33,868 nt of DNA from PVC group bacterium. Its GTDB lineage: Bacteria > Auribacterota > Erginobacteria > Erginobacterales > Erginobacteraceae. Position numbers and translations under genes: made by a program. Below the pieces are notes generated by a model. That model had not been told where the DNA came from. It saw only the letters and a program-made list of their open reading frames with translations, and did not search any database. The stretch covers positions 1 through 33,868 of the forward strand of contig JAZDIV010000088.1 of assembly GCA_043804695.1 (NCBI GenBank), read 5' to 3'. Shown one piece after another: positions 8,220-18,241 of this stretch (position 1 is its first letter; every line of letters begins with the position of its first letter).

Positions 8220-8378
8220 TGCTTCGGAATTTCAAAAACGGCAAGGGTAACGAAGCCCGTATCGGTGAGGGTAAGGGTGACGGCGGCCACGCTTGGCCCA
8301 CGTAACCGTAACCGGAAGACGAAACGGGCATCGTCACCGTCACCGTAACCGGTTGCGAACGAAGTGAGCTAACTTATA
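8220..8378 (+). repeat. Conserved-end element, family B copy 1 (hexamer-periodic hairpin core)
   Basis: TGCTTCGGAATTTCAA left end, 113-nt core at 8238-8350, GTTGC plus GAA-motif right end. Confidence 0.75.
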
Positions 8379-8393
8379 AATGGGAGGCATCGG

Positions 8394-9734
8394 ATGAGTA
8401 GAGACTTGATTATCGGCAACGGCATTATTATCACCCTTGGTGAAGTCAACAGGATCATCAAGAATGGCGCGGTTCTGATCAAGGACGGCACGATCGCGGC
8501 GGTCGGTGAGGAAACCGATGTTCGGGCTCTCTCCCCGGGCGCCCGGTACGTGGATGCCGGAGGCCATCTGATCATGCCCGGCTTCATCAACGCCCACCAT
8601 CATCTCTACAGCACGTTCGCCCGGGGTCTCGCCCCCCACGATCCGCCTCCCTATACCTTCGTCGAGATTCTGGAACGGATGTGGTGGCCGCTGGACAAGG
8701 CACTGGGGAAGGAGGACATTTATTTCAGCGCGCTGATCCCGCTCATCGACTGCGTCAGGAAAGGGGCGACGACGATTATCGATCACCACGAAAGCCAGGG
8801 ATACCAGGCCGGCAGTCTCGAGCAGCTGGCCTGGGCGGCCCGGGAGATCGGGATCCGTTCCTCTTTCTGTCTGGGGATCTCGGACCGCTACGGGAAAGGG
8901 GAGGAGGGGATCGAGGAGAATGCCCGCTTCCTGAAAGAGGTCCAATCGACCTCGGCGGCCGAACAGAAGATGGTGACCGGGATGTTCGGTCTTCACGCCG
9001 CCTTCACTGTCGAAGACGGCACCCTGGAGCGCGCGGTGGCGGCCGCCGACCGCCTGGGGGTGGGATTTCACACCCACGTGGCGGAGGCCGCCTCCGACGA
9101 GGAGGCCAGCGTGGACAAGTTCGGTCTCCGCGTCCTGGAACGGCTTCACCGGAAGGGTGCCCTGGGGCCGAAGAGCCTGGCCATCCACTGCGTCCACATC
9201 AACGAGCGGGAGATGGAGATCCTGAAAGAAACCGGGACCGCCGCCGTGCACAACCCGGAGTCGAACATGAACAACGCGGTCGGCGTGGCGCCGATCCTGG
9301 AGATGACGGGAAAAGGGATCGAGGTCGGGCTGGGAACCGACGCCATGACCTCCAACATGTGCAAGGAGGTTCAGGTCGCCAACATCCTCCAGCACCTCTC
9401 CAAGATGGATCCCCGGGTTGCCTTCTGCGAGTCCTGCCAGCTTCTGCTTCAGAACAACCCCCGGATCGCCTCCCGCCTCTTCGGAGCGGAGGTCGGCGTG
9501 CTGAAGCCGGGCGCGGCGGGCGACGTCATCGTGGTGGACTATCTCCCGCCCACGCCGATGAGCGAGAGCAACTTTTTAGGGCACTTCCTCTTCGGCATCT
9601 GCGAGACGTCCGTCATCACGACCGTTGTCAACGGCAAGGTCCTGATGGAAGACCGGGAGCTGATCGGCATTGACGAGGAGAAGATCTGCGCCCGATCGAG
9701 AGAGCTGGCGGCGGAGTTTCTGAAAAGGTTTTAG
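8394..9734 (+). CDS. ssnA: SsnA-like metal-dependent amidohydrolase
   Basis: PGFINAHHHLYS, GLHAAFT, HTHVAE, HNPESNMNNAVG and GLGTD motifs; GGGAGG RBS. Confidence 0.85.
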   Translation: MSRDLIIGNGIIITLGEVNRIIKNGAVLIKDGTIAAVGEETDVRALSPGARYVDAGGHLIMPGFINAHHHLYSTFARGLAPHDPPPYTFVEILERMWWPLDKALGKEDIYFSALIPLIDCVRKGATTIIDHHESQGYQAGSLEQLAWAAREIGIRSSFCLGISDRYGKGEEGIEENARFLKEVQSTSAAEQKMVTGMFGLHAAFTVEDGTLERAVAAADRLGVGFHTHVAEAASDEEASVDKFGLRVLERLHRKGALGPKSLAIHCVHINEREMEILKETGTAAVHNPESNMNNAVGVAPILEMTGKGIEVGLGTDAMTSNMCKEVQVANILQHLSKMDPRVAFCESCQLLLQNNPRIASRLFGAEVGVLKPGAAGDVIVVDYLPPTPMSESNFLGHFLFGICETSVITTVVNGKVLMEDRELIGIDEEKICARSRELAAEFLKRF

Positions 9735-9973
9735 TGGGGAATGGGGATTAGAGAGTGGGGAATAGAATGGGCTTCAGCCAGACCGCCTGATATCCTGTTC
9801 TCCTGGTCCTCTTCCCACTGATCTCCTGATGGTCTGATTACCGCTCAATGGCAGTGCGCAGTGGCCAGGCGGTATTTTGACATTTGGATTTTGTTATTCT
9901 TTCGTCATCCGCCTTCGCGAGAGCGCCGAAGCCGCTTCGGCGGAGGTGCTTCGTCATTCGGATTTCGTCATTA
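9735..9973. repeat. Short-period intergenic repeats with an inserted GC-rich hairpin
   Basis: GGGAAT-type heptamers at 9736-9770; TTCGTCAT(T) repeats at 9901-9972 interrupted by CCGCCTTCG...CGCCGAAGCCGCTTCGGCGGAGG. Confidence 0.45.
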
Positions 9974-9998
9974 ATCTAAATATATCAGGAGTATTCTC

Positions 9999-11204
9999 AT
10001 GATCCCCCAGGAAATACTAAAATCCCTCTCCGTCTCCACCCCTTCTAAAATCGTCCTACTGGTAATGGACGGCCTGGGCGGCCTCTCGATGGGCGACGGG
10101 ACGGCCCTGGAAGTCGCCCGGACCCCCTACCTCGATGCCCTGGCCGCGGAAGGCGCCCTGGGCCTGACCGATCCGATCTCCCCGGGGATCACGCCGGGCA
10201 GCGGTCCGGCCCACATTTCTCTCTTCGGGTATGACCCGATCAGATACCAGATCGGCCGGGGCGTGCTGGAGGCCACCGGCATCAGCATGAAGCTGGGGCC
10301 GGAGGACGTGGCCTGTCGGGGTAACTTCGCCTCCATGGACGCGGGCGGCCTGATCACCGACCGTCGGGCCGGCCGGATTACGACGGAAGAGAACCGGCGC
10401 CTGGTGGATATACTGAAGCAGGCTGTCCGGGAGATAGACGGGATTGAGGTTATCATCCAGTCGGTGAAGGAGCACCGCTTCGTTGTCGTCTTTCGGGGCG
10501 GCGGGCTGGACGGCCGGATAGCCGATACCGATCCGCAGGCGATTGGAGCGCGGAGTCTCGATCCCCGTCCTCTCGATTCGGTCGCCGACGATACCGCCGG
10601 GATCGTGAAGGAATTCATCTCCCGGGCCAACCGGGCTCTTCGGAACGAGCGGCCTGCCAACACCCTGCTCCTGCGGGGCTTTTCCTCGCTTCCGCATATC
10701 CCCTCAATGGAGGAACTCTTCCATCTCACCCCCGCCGCCATCGCCGCCTACCCGATGTATCGGGGTCTGGCCGGGTTGGTGGGGATGGAGATTTTAAAGA
10801 CCGGGGATGAGATCAGAGATGAATTCCAGACATTGAAGGAAAACTGGTCCCGCTTCGATTTCTTCTTCGTCCACGTCAAGAAAACCGACAGCTATGGCGA
10901 GGACGGCAGCTTCGAGAAGAAGGTGAAGATCATCGAGGAGGTGGACCGCTTGATCCCGGCCCTGAAAGCATTGAAGCCGGACGTGATCGCGGTCACCGGC
11001 GACCACTCGACTCCCTGCCTTTTGAAGGGGCACAGTTGGCACCCCAACCCGCTTCTACTCTGGTCGCCCTATGTCCGGAGAGACGAGATCGCCCGCTTCT
11101 CCGAAATCGAGTGCGCCCGGGGCGGCCTCGGGCGTCTGTCCGCGGTCGAGGTGATGCCGCTGCTTTTAGCCAATGCGCTGAAGCTGGAGAAATTCGGAGC
11201 TTAA
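9999..11204 (+). CDS. apgM: 2,3-bisphosphoglycerate-independent phosphoglycerate mutase (ApgM type)
   Basis: LLVMDGLGG, TPGSGPAH, DRRAGRI, KKTDSYGEDG, VTGDHSTP and HSWHP. Confidence 0.93.
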   Translation: MIPQEILKSLSVSTPSKIVLLVMDGLGGLSMGDGTALEVARTPYLDALAAEGALGLTDPISPGITPGSGPAHISLFGYDPIRYQIGRGVLEATGISMKLGPEDVACRGNFASMDAGGLITDRRAGRITTEENRRLVDILKQAVREIDGIEVIIQSVKEHRFVVVFRGGGLDGRIADTDPQAIGARSLDPRPLDSVADDTAGIVKEFISRANRALRNERPANTLLLRGFSSLPHIPSMEELFHLTPAAIAAYPMYRGLAGLVGMEILKTGDEIRDEFQTLKENWSRFDFFFVHVKKTDSYGEDGSFEKKVKIIEEVDRLIPALKALKPDVIAVTGDHSTPCLLKGHSWHPNPLLLWSPYVRRDEIARFSEIECARGGLGRLSAVEVMPLLLANALKLEKFGA

Positions 11205-11254
11205 ATTCTTTCCCCCGGGTCTTCATCGATGAAAACCCGGGGGAAAGAATTTAA
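11201..11254. terminator. Long near-perfect hairpin after apgM (terminator-like)
   Basis: TTAAATTCTTTCCCCCGGGT / ACCCGGGGGAAAGAATTTAA 20-bp arms plus inner TTCAT/ATGAA. Confidence 0.6.
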
Positions 11255-11311
11255 ATGGTGAGTGTGGTACCATATTAAAAGGGGTCTCAGGCATTTTGTG
11301 TGGGTGCATCC

Positions 11312-11364
11312 GTCATTGCGAGGAGTCCCGCACCAGGGCACTGGTGCGGGACGACGAAGCAATC
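11312..11364 (+). repeat. GTCATTGCGAG...GAAGCAATC REP-like element (half copy)
   Basis: Shares ends with 26949-27082 and 33817-33868; internal 12-bp hairpin. Confidence 0.7.
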
Positions 11365-11457
11365 CTCTCATTTTGATCCGGCCTCATTTGCTGAGGCACT
11401 TAGCTCCGTACCGGATATTCCGGCCTCCAGGGAAGATCATATCAATACAGGATAATT

Positions 11458-12465
11458 ATGCGTGAGGCGTTGCTTTACTCACAATTAGAAGATAACAAAG
11501 TCCGCTGCAACCTCTGCGCGCACCGCTGCCTGATCTCGGAGGGCAAACGGGGGCTCTGCGGCGTCCGTGAGAACCGGAAGGGCGCTCTCTATTCGCTGGT
11601 CTACGGGAAGGCGATCGCCACCCACGTGGATCCGATCGAAAAGAAGCCGCTCTTCAACTTTCTCCCCGGCTCCCTTGCCTTCTCGGTGGCGACGGCGGGG
11701 TGCAACCTGACCTGCCGCCATTGCCAGAACGCCGACATCTCCCAGTCTCCCCGCGAGACCGGGCACATCATTGGGAAAGACATCTCCCCCCAAAGCCTGG
11801 CCGAGGCGGCCCGTTCGGAGGGATGCCGCTCGATCGCTTACACCTACACCGAGCCCACCGTCTTTTTCGAATACGCCCTCGACACCGCCCGTCTCGCCGC
11901 CGCCGCGGGAATCAAGAACGTTTTTGTCACCAATGGATACATGACTGCTGAAGCCCTCGATCTGGTCGCCCCCGTGCTCGACGCGGCCAACGTGGACCTG
12001 AAGTCGTTCCGGGACGAGTTTTACCGGGAGATCTGCGGCGCCCGTCTCCAACCGGTCCTCGATACAATCAAAAGGATGCACGAGCTGGCCATCTGGGTCG
12101 AGGTCACGACGCTGGTCATCCCGGGCCATAACGATTCCGACGAAGAGCTCCAATCGATCGCCCGGTACCTTTCCGATCTGAGCCCGGATGTCCCCTGGCA
12201 CGTCAGCGCCTTTTATCCCACCTACCGGCTGACCTCGGCCCCCCGGACCCCTGCCGCGACATTACAACGGGCCCGGGAGATCGGAATGGCCGCCGGCCTC
12301 CGCTACGTCTACACCGGCAACATCCCCGGCGATGACGGCGAAAACACCTTCTGCCATAGCTGCGGGAAAAAGGTCGTTGAGAGATTCGGCTACCGGGTGA
12401 GCACGGTGAACATCCGGGACGGGAAGTGTTTCTTCTGCGGCGCCCCGGCCGCCGGTGTCTGGTAA
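11458..12465 (+). CDS. amrS: AmmeMemoRadiSam system radical SAM enzyme
   Basis: CNLCAHRC, DPIEKKPL, GCNLTCRHCQNADISQ, YTYTEP and YVYTGNIPG. Confidence 0.92.
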   Translation: MREALLYSQLEDNKVRCNLCAHRCLISEGKRGLCGVRENRKGALYSLVYGKAIATHVDPIEKKPLFNFLPGSLAFSVATAGCNLTCRHCQNADISQSPRETGHIIGKDISPQSLAEAARSEGCRSIAYTYTEPTVFFEYALDTARLAAAAGIKNVFVTNGYMTAEALDLVAPVLDAANVDLKSFRDEFYREICGARLQPVLDTIKRMHELAIWVEVTTLVIPGHNDSDEELQSIARYLSDLSPDVPWHVSAFYPTYRLTSAPRTPAATLQRAREIGMAAGLRYVYTGNIPGDDGENTFCHSCGKKVVERFGYRVSTVNIRDGKCFFCGAPAAGVW

Positions 12466-12468
12466 CAG

Positions 12469-15020
12469 TCAGAAGACGATTTTCTTCTGTGCCTTTTGCT
12501 CCAGCCGCGCGACCGCCTCCTCCATGGTCAGCCCCTCGAGATCGGTGTCCTTGTCCAGGGACGTGTTGATCCGCCCGTGGTTGAGGTAGGGGCCGTAACG
12601 TCCGGTCATGATTAAAACCGGCTTGCCGTCCGCGGGATGTTTCCCAGGTCCCGAAGGGCCTTTTTCCCGCCCCGCCGCCCCCGGGCCGGTGCGCGGGCCA
12701 GGATCTCGAGCGCTTCCGGCAGGGTGACGTCGAGGACGTCATGAGGTTTTTTCAGGGCGACGAATGTTCCGTCATGCGCCAGGTAGGGACCGAAGCGGCC
12801 CAGGCCGGCCTTGACCTCTTTGCCGGTCTCCGGATGCTCGCCCAGTGTCCGGGGGAGCTGGAGGAGCCGCAGGGCTGTCTCCGGGGTGACCTGGTCGAAC
12901 GGGATATCCTCGGGGAGCTTGATCCGCTTTGGCTTTTCCTTACCCTCGCCGTTCTCGCCTTTCTGGAGATAGGCGCCGAAGGGCCCCAGTTTGAGATAGA
13001 CGGGCAGACCGGTCTCCGGGTCGGTCGCCAGCTTCCTCGGCCCTTCGTCCTTCTGTGTCATCAGCCGCCGGACCAGTTCGGACGAGAGGTCGGCGGGGGG
13101 GATGCCGGGGGGGATCCCGGTCCGGACCGCTGCCCCGTCTTTCTCCCAGGACAGGAACGGGCCGAAGCGGCCGATCCTCACCTCGGCCGGGGGATCGTCC
13201 ACCCGGAAGGCGGAAAGCGTCCGGGGGTCGATCTCCGCTTCCTTGGCGAGGACCCGGCTCTGCAGGCCGTCTTCCCCCAGGTAGAAGTGGCGCAGGTAAT
13301 CGAGCCACCCCTTATCCCCCCGGGCGATGTTGTCGAGATGATCTTCCATCTCGGCGGTGAACCGGGTGTCCACCAGTTCGGAGAAGTGCTCTTCCAGCAG
13401 CCGGGTGACGGAAAAAGCGGTGAAGGTGGGCACCAGTTCCTTGCCTTGCCGGAAGACATAGCCCCGGGTGATGATGGTATTAATGATCGAGGCGTAGGTG
13501 CTGGGCCGTCCGATTCCCTCATCCTTCAGCACCTTGACCAGCGTGGCCTCGGTGTAGCGGGAAGGCGGTTTGGTCTGCTGGGCCCGGGATTGCAGCTCCC
13601 GGCAGTCGACTTCTTCGCCGACCGCGAGAGCCGGGAGCGCCTCGTTCCGTTCGGGCGGTTCCCCTTCCCCGCTGTCGGTCCCCCGGACATAGGCCTTGAA
13701 GAAGCCGGGAAAATCCACTATGCGGCCGCCGGCCCGGAAGATCGCCGCGCCAGCCGCGATCGAGACCGTCTGGAAGCGAAGGCGGGCCGGCTTCATCTGG
13801 GTGGCGATCGTCCGCTTCCAGATAAGATCGTAGATGGCCCGTTCCATGCCGCTCAGAGAAAGGTTTTCCACGGGCCGCATCTCCGTGCCGGCGGGCCGGA
13901 TCGCCTCGTGGGCTTCCTGGGCTCCCTTGGCGGTGGTCTTGTACCGGCGCGGCTCCGGGTTGAGAAACTCTTCCCCGTAAAGGGATGTGATCCGGGTCCT
14001 GGCGGCGGTGATCGCCTCCTCGCTCAAGTGCACCGAGTCGGTCCGCATGTAGGTGATATGGCCGTTCTCATAGAGCCTCTGGGCGATTTTCATCGTTTGC
14101 CCCGCCCCCAGCCCCAGCTTGCGGTTGGCCTCTATCTGCAGGGTGGCGGTGGTGAAGGGGGGGTAGGGGGTGCGGACGGTCGCCTTTTCCTGGATGTCGG
14201 TCACCCGCCAGGATTCGTTCTTCAGGGTTTCGGCCAGTCGTTCCGCTTCCGGAGCCTCCAGGAGTAGGCGCTCCTTCCCGGGAGACAGTTTTCCGGTTGC
14301 CGGGTCGAAGTCCCGTCCCTGGGCCAGGAGTTTCCCGTTCAGCGAATGAAGCTGGGCCTCAAATCGGTGGGCCGGGCCGTCGGGCCGCTTGTTGAGCAGC
14401 GCCTTCAGGTCCCGGTAGGCGGCGGGGTGAAACGCCCTCCGTTCCCGCTCCCGCTCCACCAGCAGGCGGACCGCCACGCTCTGGACCCGCCCGGCCGATA
14501 ACCGGGGGGCGACTTTCTTCCAGAGGAGCGGAGAGAGGGTGTAGCCAACCAGCCGGTCCAGGATCCGCCGGGCTTCCTGGGCCCGGACCAGGTCCAGGTT
14601 CAGGTCCCGGGGCGCGGCGAGGGCGTTTTTGATGGCGTCGGCGGTGATCTCGTGAAAGACCATCCGCCGGACCGGGCAGGCGGGCTTCAGCAGTTCGGCC
14701 AGGTGCCAGCCGATGCTCTCTCCCTCCCGGTCCTCATCGGTGGCCAGGAGGAGTTCTTCCGACTTCGTGATCAGTTTTCGAAGACCGGCCACGATCTTCT
14801 TCTTCTTGCCCGGGATGACATAGAGCGGCTCGAAGTCTTTCTCGACATCGACGCCCATCCGGGCCCACTCCCGGCCTTTCCAGGCGGCCGGAATCTCGTC
14901 GGCGGAGGAAGGAAGATCCCGGACGTGGCCCATCGATGCTTCCACCCGGTACTCCGGGGGGAGGAAGGCCCGGATCGTCCGGGCCTTGGTCGGGGATTCG
15001 ACGATAACCAGCTTGGTCAT
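12469..15020 (-). CDS. topA: DNA topoisomerase I with C-terminal repeats; -1 frameshift near 12640 (frame 0 stops at 12612)
   Basis: [27 protein letters not shown] and ITYMRTDS; the last repeat [19 protein letters not shown] continues in the -1 frame to TGA at 12469. Confidence 0.93.
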
Positions 15021-15221
15021 TTCTGCTTCTCTCGTTTGATTGCGGGGGATAATGAGAACCCGTGAGAAGAGGGGACTTATATACCGTAAGTTCGGAAATA
15101 AACAAAGCAGAAAATGAAGTTCTTTCAAACTGTATTGAAATCTCGATGTCCAGGTGTTATCTTGAAAAAACATAAAGGCAGGAATAAACGGCATTTCTAT
15201 CCATCATTTTGGATCGGACGT

Positions 15222-15953
15222 ATGATCATCAATCAGATATTGCGCAGAGTAGGGATCTGGCTGTCATATGTCACCCTGGTCCTGACCGGTTTTGTCTGTT
15301 TTTTCTTTTTCCGGTTTCCCCTGAACTTTACCCTGATCAGGGGAAAGAAAAACATCCCCAAGAAAGGGAAGAACGTCCTCTTCGTGTCAAATCACCTTTC
15401 CATGTACGACTCCTTTCTGATCGCGGTCGCCGCCTTTTTTCCCTCGATCCTGACGCACCCCTCCCGCCCGCCGATCAATTTCGCGGCCGAGGAAAATTAT
15501 TTCACCCGGTGGTATCTCCGGATTCTCCTGCGGATTCTCCGGACCGTTCCGGTCAAGGAAGGACGCCACGACCCTTTCCTGATGAGGAAGTACGTCGACT
15601 TCCTGAAGCGGAGAAACATCCTCATCTTCTACCAGGGCGCCAGGAGCTTTGACCTGAAGCAGATCAAGTCCGGGCCCGCCTACGCGATCGCGCACACGGC
15701 GGAGGAATTGACGGTGATCCCGATTTACCACGAAGGGATCACCCGCATCTTCAGCAGGGGGGGGCCGAGAACGAGAGGACTCTGGCGCTGGCTGCCCCGC
15801 AGTTTCTTCCACCGGCCGACAGTGACCTTCGGCGCTCCCATCGATTTCGGGGACCTGATGCGGATCGGGGATCAGAAAGAGCGGATAAACGCGATCAACA
15901 AGAGGATCATCGGGCGGATCGAGCGGCTGAAGGGATCCCCCCCCGGAAGTTGA
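15222..15953 (+). CDS. 1-acyl-sn-glycerol-3-phosphate/lysophospholipid acyltransferase
   Basis: VSNHLSMYD (HxxxxD) motif and FYQGARS block; start uncertain (15114 or 15222). Confidence 0.82.
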   Translation: MIINQILRRVGIWLSYVTLVLTGFVCFFFFRFPLNFTLIRGKKNIPKKGKNVLFVSNHLSMYDSFLIAVAAFFPSILTHPSRPPINFAAEENYFTRWYLRILLRILRTVPVKEGRHDPFLMRKYVDFLKRRNILIFYQGARSFDLKQIKSGPAYAIAHTAEELTVIPIYHEGITRIFSRGGPRTRGLWRWLPRSFFHRPTVTFGAPIDFGDLMRIGDQKERINAINKRIIGRIERLKGSPPGS

Positions 15954-15975
15954 TCGCATCCGCGCAGTTCAAGCA

Positions 15976-16230
15976 ATGAAATGGATGACCGTGATCGGTT
16001 TTATCGCCGCCGCTTTTACCACGCTGGCCTTCCTGCCCCAGGTGATCAAGACCTGGAGGATCAGGGAGACGAAGGATATCTCCCTGCTCATGTATGTTAT
16101 TTTTCTCGTCGGAGTGTTTCTCTGGCTCTGTTACGGGGTCCTGCTCGGCGATTACCCGATCTCGATTGCTAACGCGGTGACCTTCATCCTGGCCTTGATT
16201 ATCCTGATCGCGAAGATAAAGTACGGGTGA
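15976..16230 (+). CDS. SemiSWEET (PQ-loop) transporter
   Basis: TTLAFLPQVIKTW...KDISLLMY...LWLCYG...IANAVT; three TM helices. Confidence 0.92.
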   Translation: MKWMTVIGFIAAAFTTLAFLPQVIKTWRIRETKDISLLMYVIFLVGVFLWLCYGVLLGDYPISIANAVTFILALIILIAKIKYG

Positions 16231-16305
16231 CCTTTGTCTGCCCGGAAACGATATAAAAGTTCCGTCTAACAGAGCGCATTGCCGGCACCGATCGTAGTTT
16301 ACTGA

Positions 16306-16527
16306 TTCCCCGAAGGGTACGGGTTCTGGCGGCGTTCCGGCGAGGCGATGGGCGCGGCCAGGGCGTCCGCCCTCGAGACCTTCACCATCCCGATCATCTT
16401 GCTCACCGCCGACGACTCAAAAGACATCCGCGCCCAGGCCTTCGGTCTCTCGGCCGGGTATTACCTCGCCCAGCCGTTCAAGCCGGACGAGCTCCTCCGG
16501 AAAGTCAAAGAAGCCCTCAGCCAATAA
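16306..16527 (+). pseudogene. Degenerate response-regulator receiver domain
   Basis: EGY...SGEAM...TIPIILLTADDSKDIRAQAFGLSAGYYLAQPFKPDELLRKVKEAL; in-frame TGA upstream; phospho-Asp segment missing. Confidence 0.65.
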
Positions 16528-16714
16528 GCGGTTCTCCCCCTTTTTTTTTGTTTCGGGTCTCCTTTTCCGTTGGTCAAGGAAACCGTTTTTTTCTTTTTCG
16601 TCGATCATGTGATCGGCGAAAAAGAAAAAATGGAATAAAAAGCCTCCTTCCTCCGACTAATAGGGGAGTTCTCAACCTGCCGGTCGTATCCCGGCGTAAA
16701 AAGGAGGAAAGGAG

Positions 16715-17221
16715 ATGAAGTCAGTCAGCGTGTCATTCAAGGTAGGGGATAAGATGGTGACCCTGAAGCAGGAGATCGCGCCGGAGACGTCGGCGCGGGA
16801 AGCGCTGAGTTCACTGCTCGGGGAGAGCGAGGAAATCGGGCCGTTGGGAAAAGTCACTGTCGCTCAACTCCGCGCCCTCTATGCCCGGGCCCATCAGGCC
16901 GGGTGGGACAAGCAGAAGGTGAAGGAACTGCTGGAGAAAGACCTGGGGACGTCGCTGAGCGATGAGATCATCGGTGTGGTGGACAGGAAGCGCTTCTCGC
17001 GGCTGATCGACGGGCTGGGAGCGGCGGAGGAAGTGCCGGGGAAGGCCACCGCCGGGCAGATGAGGGCGCTCTGGGCGAAGGCACTGAGCAAGGGATGGGA
17101 GAGAGACCGGGTGAAGGTGTTTCTCCAGACGAAGGTGGGTGCTGACCGGGACGACCGGATCATCGGCGTCATCGACAAGAGCCTGGTCTCCTCCGTCATT
17201 GACGAGATCGAGGGCGCCTGA
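16715..17221 (+). CDS. Hypothetical protein with two tandem ~60-aa helical repeats
   Basis: Strong AGGAG RBS; repeats K.T..Q.RAL.A.A...GW....VK..L....G...D.IIGV.D....S..ID. Confidence 0.8.
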   Translation: MKSVSVSFKVGDKMVTLKQEIAPETSAREALSSLLGESEEIGPLGKVTVAQLRALYARAHQAGWDKQKVKELLEKDLGTSLSDEIIGVVDRKRFSRLIDGLGAAEEVPGKATAGQMRALWAKALSKGWERDRVKVFLQTKVGADRDDRIIGVIDKSLVSSVIDEIEGA

Positions 17222-17235
17222 CGGTTAGAAAGTCA

Positions 17236-17325
17236 GGTAAGCGGTGGACAGTGAGCGGTAAGCGGTTGACCCGGCTCCCAGGCTTTTACCGCTTACCGCT
17301 TACCGCTTACTGCTCACCGTTTACC
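17236..17325. repeat. Heptamer-repeat inverted hairpin between convergent genes
   Basis: GGTAAGC-type units on the left and TTACCGC-type units on the right. Confidence 0.75.
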
Positions 17326-17374
17326 GTGTTGTTAACCTTAATACTTTTGGAGTATTGTTCACAACTAACCGGAT

Positions 17375-18199
17375 TTATTGATAAATCTGGTTAACCCGGT
17401 GATCACGGCAGGACATCGCTTTCCGGACCTGTGCCTGGTAGTCCAGGTCCAGGGCGGCGAGAGCGATCCCGTCTCCCTTCGTGATCTCGGCGAGGATCGT
17501 TCCCCAGGGATCGACGATCAGGCTGTGGCCGTAGGTCCGCCGCCCGCCGGGATGGAGTCCCTGCTGGGCGGGCGCCGCGATGAACACCTGGTTTTCGATC
17601 GCCCGGCTCCGGATCAGCACTTCCCAGTGAGCCTCTCCGGTTTGTTCGGTGAAGGCCGCGGGGACAAAGACGAGCAGGGCCCCGAGCTCGGCGAGGCGGC
17701 GGTAGAGATAGCCGAACCGGAGATCGTAGCAGATGGTCATCCCCATCCGTCCCAGCGGCGTCTCCGCCGCCACCGCCTCCTCGCCGGCGATGACCCGGCG
17801 CGATTCCCGGTGGGACTCTCCTCCCGGGAGAGTGACGTCAAAGAGATGGATCTTCCGGTAGGCGGCGAGGACGGCTCCTTCCGGGCTCAGGAGCACCGAG
17901 GTGTTGTATGCCTTTCCCGGGGTCCGGGATCTCTCCGGGAAGGATCCCGCCAGCAGGTAGATTTTGTCTTTTTTCGCCGTCCTCCGCGCCCAGGCGACGA
18001 TCGGCCCCTCCCGGCTTTCCCCGTCCGGGGGAGGACCCTGGGGGTCCGGCATCCGGGCGAAGTTTTCGGGGAGCGCGACGATCTGCGCCCCGGCGTCGGC
18101 GGCTTCTCCAACCAGAGTCTCCGCCTGCCGGAGGTTCTCTTCCCGGTCGTCACCGGAGTTCATCTGGATCACTGCGCAATGGATAATTTTTTTCTTCAT
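17375..18199 (-). CDS. Carbon-nitrogen hydrolase (Nit1/deaminated glutathione amidase-like)
   Basis: LPENF, YRKIHLFDV, ICYDLRF, RAIENQ and GHSLIVDPWG. Confidence 0.92.
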   Translation of the reverse strand: MKKKIIHCAVIQMNSGDDREENLRQAETLVGEAADAGAQIVALPENFARMPDPQGPPPDGESREGPIVAWARRTAKKDKIYLLAGSFPERSRTPGKAYNTSVLLSPEGAVLAAYRKIHLFDVTLPGGESHRESRRVIAGEEAVAAETPLGRMGMTICYDLRFGYLYRRLAELGALLVFVPAAFTEQTGEAHWEVLIRSRAIENQVFIAAPAQQGLHPGGRRTYGHSLIVDPWGTILAEITKGDGIALAALDLDYQAQVRKAMSCRDHRVNQIYQ

Positions 18200-18241
18200 T
18201 TCTTTTATCCAATGATTCAAGCAGTAATAAATGCCCGTTAT

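Noticed and set aside
8158..8343. Small paralogous peptides (with 22182-22373) sharing PVSSxGYGYV
   Set aside because: The similarity comes from the non-coding family B core, and there is no RBS or consistent ORF boundary.
12741..14267. Long antisense ORFs (also 8340-9395, 23741-25516, 30365-31603 and others)
   Set aside because: Shadow frames of GC-rich genes that have clear family motifs on the other strand.
15021..15194. N-terminal extension of TopA in the ORF track
   Set aside because: Homology starts at [10 protein letters not shown] (15020); the extension is AT-rich divergent-promoter DNA.
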